From assembly GCA_964016885.1 (NCBI GenBank), contig CAXHJY010000874.1, positions 1-64,000 on the forward strand: a DNA stretch of 64,000 nucleotides, in the 5' to 3' direction. The position numbers and the translations under genes are program-made. This document shows, piece by piece, positions 13,260 through 26,128 of this stretch (positions are counted from its first letter, which is position 1; each line of letters starts with the position of its first letter). A model generated the notes under the pieces. The model was not told the origin of the DNA. It saw only the letters and a program-made list of their open reading frames with translations, and searched no databases. Source of the DNA: Eledone cirrhosa (taxonomy: Eukaryota).

Positions 13260-13622
13260 TATACCTTCCTGCCAGATTGTTGAACGTATATACTTACCTT
13301 ATGCATATTAACGGCTGAGTAGCCCAATTTGTATATCGAGTGGGTTAATCGGCCGGGTGCACCGAAAACGATAAACGGAAAAAATGAAACGAAATTTCAT
13401 TTCCCACTCTTAGTACGGCTGTTACTTAAATATAAGTATGTACACATACATATATGTATACAGACGTACAGTAGTATGTATATATATATATACATACATG
13501 TACACATATATATATGTACGTATGGATTCACTGAACATTTATTATAATGCTGAACATTTATTATAATGCGTTAATATGCATAAGGTAAGTATATATGTTC
13601 AACAATCTGGCAGGAAGGTATA

Positions 13623-13663
13623 CGTTGCTGACGATAGCTAATAAGCTTGAAACTAGTACAGCG
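13623..13663 (+). ncRNA. Minimal hammerhead ribozyme
   Basis: CGTTG-CTGACGA-tAGCTaataAGCTt-GAAA-CTAG-TA-CAGCG; 5-bp stem I, palindromic stem III, GUA cleavage triplet. Confidence 0.82.
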
Positions 13664-13865
13664 TTCCTTTGTCAGTGTTGAACAAACGAGCAACGATGGT
13701 TGCTAGACACTACGGCTTAATACGGGATGTTTGTTTACAAACACACCGAGCATTATAATAAATGTTCAGTGAATCCATACGTACATATATATATGTGTGC
13801 ATGTATGTATATATATATACATACTACTGTACGTCTGTATACATATATGTATGTACGTGTACATA

Positions 13866-13912
<47 letters not shown>

Positions 13913-13979
13913 TAGGAAAATGCGAAGTTGAAGATGTTAGGGTCCTTGCATCTTTGTATACCGAATATATATATATATA

Positions 13980-16901
13980 TGGTAAATTTCTTTAAGTCGT
14001 TTGGAAGCCTCGACAATGCAGATGGGTAAATCTCCGGGTAACAAGATCCGATGGTGGAGAGAGACATGTAAGTGGGTGTACGTTGAGATGCGTGGCGTGT
14101 ATAAGACGTGTAGAAGAATGAAGGAAAGAGCGTAAAGGATGAAAATAAAAATAACAACACGAGAGAGAGTTACCTTGGGAGAGATTTAATTGTCCCTATA
14201 TATTTCGGATTCACATCCATCAACGGGTTTTTTTCCGGTGTGGGGGAAAGGTTGTCTGTCGGAAAGGTGCGAAACGTGTCCTCCGCTGTTCGTTGTTTTG
14301 AATATCTGAGGTATTCAGCAGAGCGCGCGTGCGCGTGAAATGGGGTCGGTCAGGCAGAGGTCAGCGGCCGAAGTAGTTCTTTCAATTGTGGGAGTGGGGT
14401 GGCGCTAGCTGTCAGTCCATTCTCTGCCTGTTTGTTGAATGTTACTGTGTGTGTGTGTGCGTGTGTTGTTGCCTCGCTTGAGTGTGTGTGTGTGCATGTG
14501 TTGTTGCCTTGTTCCTCTGTATTGGCAGTGTAGTATGTTCGTATGGTGGAATGCTACTGTGTGTGTGTGCGGGTGTTGCTGTCTCGCTTGTGCGGGTGTT
14601 GCTCTCTCGGATCGGTTGTTTAATTGTGGTCCTAGGCGTTTGATCCAAAGTGCTTCCTTGATACGTAACGTGCCGACGTTTCTTTCTGTCGCTAGAATTG
14701 TGACAATGGGCCTTCTGTCTTTGTTTCCGCATTTGGCTATGTGTTTCCGAAAAGACGAGGCCCTGGTTTTAGTGTGTTCCTTGATCCGGATGTGCAACGG
14801 CCGGATTGTGCTACCTATATAGTATTGGTTGCACTTGTTACATTCTATCTTATACACGACGTATGTGCGTAGGCAACAGTTCGCATGGCACATCGGGCAG
14901 TCTCTGAGGGAGCACGCGTCAGTTGATTTCCCGGGTTTCCTGGAGAGGCATCTTCGCAGGGAGGGGCCCGAGTGGGCCAGGTGGATGTCGAGGCCCTACC
15001 TCCGTATAGCCTTGCGGATAGCGTTGGTGGTATTCTCGCCCAGGTGTGGCATTTTAAGGAAGCACTTGCCTTGGGTTCCTCTCTGTCTCTTGTGCCTGGT
15101 GTCTCCTACTCTGTCTGTGAGCGAGGTAGGGTACCCGTTAGTCTCCAGCACCTCGAGGAATCGCTTGGTATGAGTGACACCACTCGCGGGATCGCTGCAT
15201 CTGTTTTTGATTCGCGCGATCTCGTTCGTGATGTATCCTCTTTGGCACTGTTAGGGAGGGCAGACTTGTAGTGGACGAACAGGTCCCTGCAGGCTGCCTT
15301 TCGGTAGAAGTTGCAGTGGACCCTCCCTGTTCCGTGATGTTGATTCGGAAGTCGAGGAGGGCGAGTAACCCGTCTTCGTTGGGGTGTTCAACACTGAAGT
15401 CAATGTTCTCGTCCGTGTTGTTGAACGTCTCATAGATTCTGTTCGCCGTGTCTTGGGAAGATGTGAGGATGAGGATATCGTCCACGTACCTTGAGAAAAA
15501 GGCGACGGCGTTGGGGTGGCAGGCGTTGAGTGCCTTGCGCTCGAGGTTGTCCATGTAAGAGATCGCTAGCACACCCGACAGGCTTGATCCCATGGGCAGT
15601 CCCGAGGCTTGTTGGTATGTTTGGTCAAATAATCCGAAGTAGGTGTTGTCGATGACGTTGGATAGGAGTTGGTGGATGTCAATGGTGGTGAGCCCGAAGC
15701 AGTGTAGGTCGGTGGATTGGATGCGTTCCATCAGTATATTGACGGCCGCGAGTGCCGGGACCAAGGTGTAGAGAGCGACTACATCAAGGCTGAAGGCATA
15801 TCTGTTATTCTTTCTGGTGTGGGGATCCATTTGATGCAGGCGCTTCAACACCTCCTCGGAGCTGTTAACGTGTCCCGGAAAGGTGTCTAAGATGGGTTAG
15901 AGTATTCTGGCTAGGAGCCATGAAATTTTGTAGAGTGGTTCTTCCGCGCTCGATACAATGGACCTGATCTTCAGGTCGGGTCCCTGTTTGTGTGTTTTCA
16001 CGAGGTGGTAGAAGGCGGGTAGTCTGCTGTTCCTCGCGAGGAGGTTGTATCTCAGCTTCTTCGGGAGCTTCCGCCGGTCGCAGATGTTGGTCCAGGCGGC
16101 GTTAATGTGCTCTTCTATCTGCGCGGGAGTGATTCCTGTGACCTTGGAGTAGAGGTTGTCATCGTCAAGGTGTTGGAGGGCCAGGGTGTTGTAGGCCTCT
16201 CTGCTGATGACGCAGAATTCTTTTCCCTTGTCGGAGGGGAGGTAGATGAGGTTCTTCGATTTCGGGTCGGAGAGAGTGGTGAGTTGAGATTTAGTGAGGT
16301 TGTGTGTTGTGCGTGTGTGTGTGTGTTTGTGAAGTATATCCGAGATGGAGTGTTTTAGCCTGATGAGTTTAGTGTCGAGTTCGTGGTTGGTGGGTGGGGG
16401 GTGGAATGGGTTGTCGGGGTGGTAAGTGGGGAACTTGGGGTGGGTTGCGTGGGCGCTGTTGATGGCGGTCACCCATTTAAGTTGGTAAGCGGCTCGACAA
16501 AAGTTGGCCTCGATGTTGAGTTTGAGTCTGTCGTCGAGTCGTTGTGAGACGATGAACTTGGGTCCGAGGTGTAGGAGTTTCAGCTCGTCGCTCGTGAGAG
16601 TGCCGGTTAGGTCGGTGACCAGGTGAGTCGCATCGTTGAGGTGTGGCTCGGTGTTAGTGGATGCGGCGGTGGCGGTTGTTAAGTTGTTGTTTTCCACGTG
16701 GTTCTGGTCCGTCTGTTCGTTAGTGTCGATGTTCTCGTTGTGGAGTTTAGACAGATCCACTCATATTTTCGCTTGAGCCGTTTTTTCTCGTATTGGACTC
16801 TGGAGTGGTAGCACTGGTCGATTGCTTTAGTGATTTTCAGGAGCAAGTAGCCGGGTGCTATTGACAGTCGATGTGTCCGCTCTGAGAGTGTCCGCTTATG
16901 G
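13980..16901 (-). mobile_element. Penelope-like retroelement (RT + C-terminal GIY-YIG), 5'-truncated
   Basis: GC-rich block between TA/CA tracts; RT and endonuclease motifs; degenerate HHR at 14194-14227 (GGAT-gtga-ATCC-GAAA-TATA-TA-GGG). Confidence 0.93.
14600..16900 (-). pseudogene. PLE reverse transcriptase/GIY-YIG endonuclease pseudogene
   Basis: PSDKG, FYHLVKTHK, FSLDVVALY, GLPMGSSLS, RYVDD, NGYP, Cys-rich linker, VVYKIECNKCNQYYIGST..RIKEH..EALWI..PQLN. In-frame TAA at 15897-15899, TAG at 14996-14998, two frameshifts near 15240-15325. Confidence 0.93.
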
Positions 16902-17140
16902 ACACACACATACATATATATATATATAGTTGATATCTATTTACTATGACTCGTACTCACGATATTATATCGGCAATCAATATTTTCATAAGCTAGGGAA
17001 AATCCTACAGTACTGTAAGATATTGGTGTTATGCAATTTTGCAGGCTTTGTTAGATCACGAAACTATTAGTTGCGGATGTAATATCATGTGTACGAATCA
17101 CTATACACACACACACACATACACACACACACACACACAC

Positions 17141-17180
<40 letters not shown>

Positions 17181-17569
17181 GCGCACGTACGCACACCCTA
17201 GAATACGCCCACACAAGAAACAAAGAATAAAAACTGAACACAGGATGCACAAATATCTTAAAGAGGCTGGTTGCTGCTTAAAACATCACCAAAGCCCACT
17301 TCTTGTTGGTGGTTGTGTTAATTTGTGACAGACGACTGACTGTACGGAGAGGGGTATGCTCCACCATTGCCAAATAAAATAAAAGAAGGCAACAAATATA
17401 TCCTACTACAACAGTAACAACAACAATAATAGATGATTATCTCTCCCCAAATACCAGACGCATGCTAATCTTTCCCCTTAACCTGTTCTACAATTCTATC
17501 TGAACAATGTACAGCATATAAAGTGTTACGTTGGTTGATCTGTGAACATCCCCGAAGTAGGGGAAGAGA

Positions 17570-17763
<194 letters not shown>

Positions 17764-18078
17764 CTGTTTAGATTGCCATACTGGATAACAATAACAATAA
17801 ACAATTGTGTCTTCATGACATTTTGAAGAAGAAAAGTCATTGATAAAAAAACTGCTTAAATTCAATAAATTGATATAGATTCAGCAAACCATCTGTGGAT
17901 ATCATTGACACACAGTTAGTCCACGAAGACTTTAATAATATACACCATATTCTCAGAAAATACATGTGGTGGTTTAGATGTAGATATCACTAAACTACAG
18001 TTTAATGCTCGCCTCTCGAGTTTCTTTATTCAAACTTTCTTTATAATGCATATTTTAAAATGTAATTTTATACAAATA

Positions 18079-18273
18079 CAGACCTGTCAACTCTCCCCGT
18101 CCGACGGGGAGGTATCCCACCCACTTTGGGGTAGGTGAGAGATGTCTCCTCTTGTGAAAATGGGTATAGCTTTCATTATGTAAAATCTCCCCATTTTTGC
18201 CTCATTTCTCCTCGTTTGGGGGCACTTTTTTCATGGTGCTCTCCGTTTGGGTATTTAGAGGTTGACAGGTCTG
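18079..18273. mobile_element. MITE with 13-bp TIR and 6-bp target duplication
   Basis: CAGACCTGTCAAC..GTTGACAGGTCTG, flanked by CAAATA on both sides. Confidence 0.8.
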
Positions 18274-18314
18274 CAAATACATTTTCGAATATATAGGTAA
18301 CGATTATGTTGATG

Positions 18315-18935
18315 AAATAATTGTTTCTACTTTTGGCACAAGGCCAGTAATTATTCCAGTGCATTACTGGTACTTTATTTTATCGACCCCGTAAGGATGA
18401 AAGGCAAAGTTAACCTCGGCGGGATTTGAACTCAGATCATAAAGGGAGGTAACTCTATGCTTCAAAGCATGGCGTCCGACCCTTACCGATACTGCCGAAA
18501 TAATGGTTTCTGATTTTGACATAAGGCCAATAATTATGGAGAAGGGGAAAGTCGGTTAAATCGACCCCAGTGCATTACTGGTACTTTATTTCATCGACCC
18601 TGTAAGGATGAAAAGCTATGCTAACCACGATGGAATTTAAACTCAGAATATAAAGGGACGTAACTATATCTCACAAAGCATGTCTTCTGACTCTCTACCG
18701 ATACTGCCAATTCACACTGCAGTATAATGGTTTCTGATTTAGGCACAATGCCAACAATTTAGGGGATGGAGAATGTCGATTAAATCGATTCTAGTGTGTT
18801 ACTGATACTTTATTTTATCGACTCGGTAAGGATGGAAAGCAATACTAACCTTGGAGGGATTTGAAGTCAGAACATAAAGGGATGTAGCTACATGCCGCAA
18901 CTATGTTTCCGACGTTCTACCGAAACTGTTAATCG
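18315..18935 (-). mobile_element. Three head-to-tail Meta-like SINE copies
   Basis: Three repeats of the core with A-box (GGCAGTATCGG) and B-box (GAGTTCAAATCC) on the minus strand. Confidence 0.8.
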
Positions 18936-19247
18936 ACCTAATAATTTTTTTTTTTTTCTAATTCCTAGTTATAGAAGTGACATTATGTTCCAATATAAAA
19001 TCTATGACATTGTCTGATTGATGTCATTTATTATCAATATAAAGTTAGAAGGCATCATTAACAAATTTCCGAGTTTAGATTTAGACTACAACAAATACAG
19101 ACTGAGAAAGCATTCACGTACAAAAGTATACAATAATGAAAGTATTTTTTTTTAAATAGAATATCTGTATCTGTAGTTTTTTTAGTTTTCATTAATATAA
19201 TCGTAATTTATATTTTCGAAATGTACATTTTATGCAAAGTGTGTGTT

Positions 19248-19520
19248 GGACCTCCGTCGGTTCCGACGACGAGTGTTCCAGCTATTCCAACAGAGGAAGA
19301 GCTCACTCGTAAAATTAACGTGTAACTGGCTGAGTATTCCACAAGCAGTTGTACCATTAACATAATTCCCAAGGAGATTCAGCGTGACAAAAAGGTGACA
19401 GGGTTGACCGTTTGAATTACAAGCGCAGCTAACTCATTTCTGTTAGTTGAGTGAACTGAAACGACGTGAAATAAAGTTTCTTGCTCAAGGACACGACACA
19501 CCGGCCAGACCTGGAATGGA
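19248..19520 (-). mobile_element. Second tRNA-derived SINE family
   Basis: Reverse-complement similarity to 60655-60975; related pieces at ~23660-23750, 27793-28100, 40665-41215, 43760-44060, 51320-51740 and 62147-62262. Confidence 0.7.
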
Positions 19521-19952
19521 AATCTCTGAAAAGAAAAATATGCATTATCGAACAAGCAAGTTCTAGGGAAACAACGTCAGGGGTGGGTGGAGCTGTGACC
19601 TATAATTATGTCGTGGGCGTTAGCTTTACCCTTCAAAACATAGATTTATCAATACAATTAACTTACTCCTGTCAAATCTAATAGCTAATTATAATTATCG
19701 TTTAAAAAAGCACAAAATATGGTCGATTTAATCGACTAACCTCGCCACAACCTCCGCCTCCCAAATATTTGGCCACGTGCCTATATTTCTAACAATTCAT
19801 TTCTTTCTTCCTCCCATGCTTTTATTTTACTTTTCATTGTGTATTCTAACTAAATATTTATTTATTATATTTACTCACATGTTTGGCTTTTGTAGGCTAT
19901 CTCTTCGTGTTTTATTAATTATTCTTTTCATTTGTCAGTCAGTCAATCACTC

Positions 19953-20042
<90 letters not shown>

Positions 20043-20151
20043 GGTGGTGGTGGTGGTGGTGGTGGTGGTAGTAGTAGTAGTGGATGTGGTGGTGGTGGTG
20101 GTGGTGGTTGGGGTAGTAGTGGTGGTGGTGGTGGTAGTAGTAGTGGTGTTG

Positions 20152-20187
<36 letters not shown>

Positions 20188-20205
20188 ACAGCAGCAGCAG
20201 TAGTA
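19953..20205. repeat. (GTA)n/(GTG)n trinucleotide repeat
   Basis: Directly visible. Confidence 0.97.
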
Positions 20206-20845
20206 TTAATTGTTCTTGATATTGATGTTGGTGGTAGTGGTGGTGTTTAGCACCAGCTCAACGTTGATCAAGCAGATCTGTGATCAAATATATTCCAGCC
20301 ATGACTATCCCTTCTTACCTCTCCATTCCTCAAACATTTCTCCTTCCTTCTTTCTTCTCCATCTTTGTTCTTTTTCATTCTGTTGTTCATTCCACCATTT
20401 TATTCACCTCTTCATTCCATTGTTATCAACTTTCATTCATTCATTCATTTATTTAATCGTTTTTTCATCCGATTTGTTCTTTTTTCCTTCCATCCCTCAT
20501 TCAAACGCCCTTCCTTCTATCCTTCCGTCGTTTAATTATTTTATTTGTGTCTTTGTACTATTGTTATTGCCTCTGTTACCATCTGTCATTCATTCGTTTA
20601 AAAATCCTTTCTTTCATTCATTCGTTATTTCATTCCTTTGGTCTGACTATCCTTTCATTGATTCCTATTTTATCTTTAACACCACTCACATTGTGTCGAA
20701 CAAATTAACATTTATATACACCCACATCACATTTCTCTCGTATTATATTATTCACTACATTTCAACATTCAATTTGCAAGTGTCTTTATGTAAGTTTACT
20801 AGCTATAACCGTCACTCACAATCGAGTATAACTTGGTAATATGTG

Positions 20846-21010
20846 CAGGGCCTCCAAGAGAAATTTTGCAAGGGTGGTACAAAACCCATTTGGGGCCCGA
20901 AGCAGGCAAATATGTTTCTCAAAATGGATGTTACATGGTTGCTGTGGGGCCTTCTTAGCTCTTGGGCCCCGGAACAAATTACTGGCTGGACTCTCCTCTC
21001 ATAGGCCCTG
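20846..21010. mobile_element. hAT-like MITE
   Basis: TIR CAGGGCCT/AGGCCCTG; imperfect 8-bp TSD AATATGTG/AGTGTGTG. Confidence 0.6.
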
Positions 21011-21161
21011 AGTGTGTGCCATGCTTTTGCTAAGGTCTTTAGGTGTCCATGTAGTCACAGAAATCCCCCCCCCCCGACCCTCCCTATCTTGCTTGATCCA
21101 GTGGAACAAATAGAATGTGACAGCTAGAAGGAAGGGGGGGGGGCTACCAAATCGAAAACCT

Positions 21162-21204
<43 letters not shown>

Positions 21205-21415
21205 ATAACAATAAATGTGAAGACTAAAATCCAAAGAGGGCTCGATAAGGATAAATATATATCAAATATATAAGAACCCTATATTTATTAAAATAACAGA
21301 TTAAAGTTTAAGCAAATGATCGCTGCTTTCATCACCCTTAACAGGATCTTCTGAAACTAAAAAAATCAATCTGTGAACGCAGAAGTAAATATTTCGAAAA
21401 AATAACCCTCTTAAC

Positions 21416-21490
<75 letters not shown>

Positions 21491-21809
21491 TGTTAAGAGG
21501 GTTATTTTTACATAATTGTTTTATCGCATTATATATATATATATATTTCAATGACATCGTTATGCAATGGTTATATCATTGACAGTCTCCATGTGACATC
21601 ATCAGATGCTCACACAATTATGAGGTGTCGTAATGTAAGTATGCAGATATGCCGCTGGTAACCTATTACTATGTTGGTGTGATACAAAGTACTTCTTAAT
21701 TACTTAAACAGATTTATCCTCGCCGCGTTACAGCGTAACCTCCATGGTTAAGCACCACATTTATCTGCACTAAATATATGTCCTCTTTTTCTTCTTTTCC
21801 TTGTTCACT

Positions 21810-22082
21810 TATTCAATAAAAGGATTGTGGGGACAGAGTCCCTAGACACACCTTCTAGAGGATCCTGTCAAATGCAACAAGTCTCCAAATGATCCAAATG
21901 AACCCCAAGCGAGACTAACCGAGCTCATGGATGTCATCAAACCATCTTGCTCGTGATCTACCTCTGAGTCTCCTGCCGGTTGATTTTACTCGTAAAATCT
22001 GTCCATCAATTCTTTACTTTGATCTACTAACCATATCTCAGTAGTAGCGGAGCTGTGATCTCTCGATGAGGAGAAGTAGCAC
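21810..22082 (-). mobile_element. RTE LINE 3' fragment
   Basis: Diverged reverse-complement match to 3780-4040. Confidence 0.65.
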
Positions 22083-22476
22083 TCATTTTTGTCAGCTGAT
22101 TGGACTGGGAGCAACGCTATATAAAGTGTTTTGCTCAAGGACACAACATGTCGCTGGGAAAAGAAAGCTTGACTTTACAATCGTGAGTTGAACACGCGTT
22201 TTCACTATTTACAGATATGTTACGAATATTGACAAGTTAATAGACGAAATGACTTTATTAGGGATTGTCGTTTGACAAGGTTCTAGTTTCTTGGGAAACG
22301 GTTCAGCCTCATCATCACTCGATGTGGAGAAGTAGCGGCTCTTCCTGAAGCAATTCCCATGTAAGGATTAACATGCGCAGCTAGATTGAAAGTAGTATCA
22401 AAACTGGCGGTTGTAGGATCATTCGGATGATATTTGTAGACGACATAGTGATACTTAACTCGTCGGAAGGGGATCT

Positions 22477-22662
22477 CTTCTTCTTCTTCTTCTTCTTCTT
22501 CTTCTTCTTCTTCTTCTTCTTCTTCTTCTTCTTCTTCTCCCCTCCTCCTCCTTCTTCTTCTTCTTCTGCTTCTTCTTCTTCTTCTTCTTCTTCTTCTTCT
22601 TCTTCTTCTTCTTCTTCTTCTTCTTCTTCTTCTTCTTCTTCTTCTTCTTCTTCTTCTTCTTT
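22477..22662. repeat. (TTC)n repeat
   Basis: Directly visible. Confidence 0.97.
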
Positions 22663-23762
22663 CTATTTATGTAGGTATTTTTAACGTAAAAATAGTTTAT
22701 TTTCCTTGTAACTGTTCCTGTGAAGTGTACCAGTATTTTATTGTTTGATCTCCAATGTTCAAACAAAGTTAAAAGAATTGGAAACCACTGATCCAGCTGG
22801 AAATTCGTTAAATACCTGAGTCATCCCACCCTGGATACCACCCAGCAATCTCAACACCCCTCTTCTAGTATTCACATCAGGCTCCCTCATTTCTTTCTAC
22901 ACTTTTCTGCGCCCCTCCACAAACTCTTTTCTCCCACACACCCTTTTCCTTACCTTTCTTTTCCCTCCTTCCCCTTTTCTCTTCATCCAAATTCTCCATC
23001 TACCTCACCCCATACCCATCCATATATTTTTCTCCCCCACCATAGGGAAATTTAGCTGAGATGTCTATGAGAAAGACCTGCTACAAGGCAATTTATCCCT
23101 TCTAGCTGTAAGGCGTCGTTCCAGGCTGACTGACACATGTACAGTGAATGTTTGGCGGGAAAATTATACGCCAGGGCTCACTTCGAGCGGAATAATAAGA
23201 TACGGGATTAATAATACTTGAAATTGAAATCCAACTGAATTCTGTGGTATGCTTCAGCAATTTGCACTGAGAATTATAAGTATGGGATGAAATGGACCTC
23301 CGTCAGTTTCAATAAATACTTTATTTCATGTTACTTTGCTCCTTCTGTCGTTGTAACATCGGATAGAATGCTTTATGGTATTCGTTCCGGTTCTCTGCTC
23401 TCGGAGTTCGAATCCCACCGAGGTCAACTTTGCCTTTCGAGATTGATAAAAAAAGTACCAGTCTAGTACTGGAGTCGGTTATTTCTCTATATCTCTTTCT
23501 CATTTCCTCTTTCTCACTTTTTATCTTTCTTCTGGGAGAAATCTGCTGTACTTGGGCCTGGAGAGGTCTTAAAATGCACAAGAAACACTGTATGCCAATA
23601 CAGTACCCCTACGACCACATCATACCTTTTGTCAGTAGTTACGCCCGGCAGATAGTGGAATTGACCTTCGTTGGTTTCTACGATGAGTATTCCAGCTGCT
23701 CGATCAACGGAACAGCCTGCTAATGAAATTAACGTGCAATCCACAGAAGCATTTAGAGGGTT

Positions 23763-24008
23763 GGAATAAGCAGGGTGGGGAGATAAGCGGCAGAGTGGAA
23801 TAAGTGGGGTGGGGAGATAAGCGGCAGAGTGGAATAAGTGGGGTGGGGAGATAAGCGGCAGAGTGGAATAAGTGGGGTGGGGAGATAAGCGGCAGAGTGG
23901 AATAAGCAGGGTGGGGAGATAAGCGGCAGAGTGGAATAAGTGGGGTGGGGAGATAAGCGGCAGAATGGAATAAGTGGGGTGGGGAGATAAGCGGCAGAGT
24001 GGAATAAG
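23763..24008. repeat. 34-bp G-rich minisatellite, ~7 copies
   Basis: Unit GGAATAAGTGGGGTGGGGAGATAAGCGGCAGAGT, inside a MITE copy that ends at ~24341. Confidence 0.92.
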
Positions 24009-24564
24009 TTGGTAATTTTTCTAGGTTATCTCCGTTGTTTTTTTTTTAAAACCAGAATTAGTCGTTTAATTTACATATTGAGACTCCCCAATCTATCCTA
24101 TTTATTTTATAACGTATGAGATTTCTAGTAATGTACTTTTGGGGTCATGTATAATGTTTTTTTAATGCATAAAGAAAATTAATTGTCGCGGGAATGCTAC
24201 TACTTAAAATAACATTTCGCCGGAGATAGATTAGTAAAATTTAATAAGTAGTGGGAGGGGTGGTTGAAATAACAGCGGGGAGGGAAAAATTAAAAAAATT
24301 AATAAACGGGAGTGAGGACGATTATTCGAGACCCGAGAGTACGCTTAATTCTCAAGGGGGAATTAACGATATATGTAAAGGAATAGTTAAAATAACTCTT
24401 CCGTGATGTAATTGCTTTAGTTTCAACACAGTCTCAGATCAAGACACTTACCAGAGAAGTACAACTGTGGTTGAAATTAATCTTCCACACAATAATTGTT
24501 TTGTGTCAACACAACCTCAGATCATGTCATTTGCCAAACAAGTACAAATCCTAAAGTTAATTTT

Positions 24565-24848
24565 TTCTTCTTCTTCTTCTTCTTCTTCTTCTTCTTCTTC
24601 TTCTTCTTCTTCTTCTCCTCCTCCTCCTCCTCCTCCTCCTCCTCCTCCTCCTCCTTCTTCTTCTTCTTCTTCTTCTTCTTCTTCTCCTCCTCCTCCTCCT
24701 CCTCCTCCTCCTCCTCCTCCTCCTCCTCCTTCTTCTTCTTCTTCTTCTTCTTCTTCTTCTTCTCCTCCTCCTCCTCCTCCTCCTCCTCCTCCTTCTTCTT
24801 CTTCTTCTTCTTCTTCTTCTTCTTCTTCTTCTTCTTCTTCTTCTTCTT
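24565..24848. repeat. Alternating (TTC)n/(CTC)n blocks
   Basis: Directly visible. Confidence 0.97.
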
Positions 24849-24965
24849 GAGACCCCTCTATCCTAATATATTCCCAAAGAAGAACTTACCTTTGTAAATT
24901 CCATGATTTTTTAAATTTTAATTTTTCACACACAAATATATGTCTGTGTATATATATATATATAC

Positions 24966-25391
24966 TGTAACTGTAGAAACAAAGCAAATTGCCCATTAAA
25001 AGGAAATTGCCTTATTAATAACATACTATATAAATGTAAAGTTAACACTAAGGACTCAATTTATTCATATATAGGAGCTACTTCTAATCAATTTAAAGTA
25101 AGATTTAATACCCACAAACACAGTTTTAAAAATGCCGCATTAGCTAATACAACATCTTTAGCTGAAATAATTAATAATTATAGAAAAAGGAATATAGATT
25201 ATAACCTGACCTGGAGTGTGCTCAAAAGGGCCACCCCTTATCAAAATAATAGATATGAATGTAGATTATGTTCCCAGGAACTTTTTGAAATAATGAAATT
25301 TAAGGATATCCTATTAAATAAACGACAGGAATTAATTATATCATGTAATCATAAACTGAGAAGAACCTTTAAATATTATAAACCTAATTAA
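24966..25391 (+). CDS. Startless open frame: Naiad-type GIY-YIG endonuclease domain (141 aa)
   Basis: Hand translation: CNCRNKANCPLKGNCLINNILYKCKV..YIGATSNQFKVRFNTHKHSF..TSL..WSVLKRATPY..CRLCSQE..LNKRQELIISCNH..*; no internal stop. Confidence 0.85.
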   Translation, partial: CNCRNKANCPLKGNCLINNILYKCKVNTKDSIYSYIGATSNQFKVRFNTHKHSFKNAALANTTSLAEIINNYRKRNIDYNLTWSVLKRATPYQNNRYECRLCSQELFEIMKFKDILLNKRQELIISCNHKLRRTFKYYKPN

Positions 25392-26128
25392 TATACACTT
25401 TGGAAATTATTATAATAACACTTTTTTAAAATTAGTTAACCTATAATTAATATTCTACTACTAATGAACTGCATAATTTTATTTCCCTTTTACAGCTATC
25501 TTTTCCTAAAATTTATACCATTAAGTATACATATAAACTATTTTAATTTCAGGTTATGATTCTATGTTCCTTATAATCTATATAAATTTGTTATTTCTCA
25601 CTAATAAATTTACACCCCCCCCCCCCCAATAATTATTATTATTATTTTTTTACTTTCCCTTCGTTTTTAACAGCATTCTTCAATTACATCTAACTCTTAT
25701 TTATCATATCTATATGAATTAATATAAATTTATCAATATAAATATACCTATCAATTTAATTAATTTATTTTCTTTTTATAGATGTAAATTCCCTATATTT
25801 TAAATAAGATTGATATTTTTCACTAACACATTTAACGTAAAATTTTATTCTCCTTAGATATTTACATTAGCATTATTCTTTTATAATATCACTTTTTCGT
25901 GTACCTTTTACCGACTTGACCTATTTTCATCCCTAAAATAATCTTTTCATTCAGCATACTCTTTCCATTCAAAACTGAAATCTGCTTTCCTCTACCCCTA
26001 AATTAAAGTTCTATTACTACTATTCTACTATCTTGACCACTTACTACCTTTCTATTGGTCAATTCAAAACCTGTTCCCAAACAGATCTATTATATTAAAT
26101 CTTTGTTGGTTTTTTCAATAAACAAATA

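Larger units (their letters stand above)
12560..13870. mobile_element. Tandem retrozyme-like/pLTR array (2.3 x 422 bp, minus) plus inverted 300-bp copy
   Basis: Direct repeats with 422-bp period at 12573-13550; inverted copy 13570-13870; three identical HHRs; (TA)n flanks. Confidence 0.85.

Noticed and set aside
14996-15899. Selenocysteine recoding in the PLE ORF
   Set aside because: The in-frame stops are TAG and TAA, not TGA, and frameshifts are also present.
19777-24897. Poly-Val, poly-Ser, poly-Lys and poly-Pro ORFs (also poly-Thr at 44243-44743)
   Set aside because: Trinucleotide repeats with no flanking coding signal.
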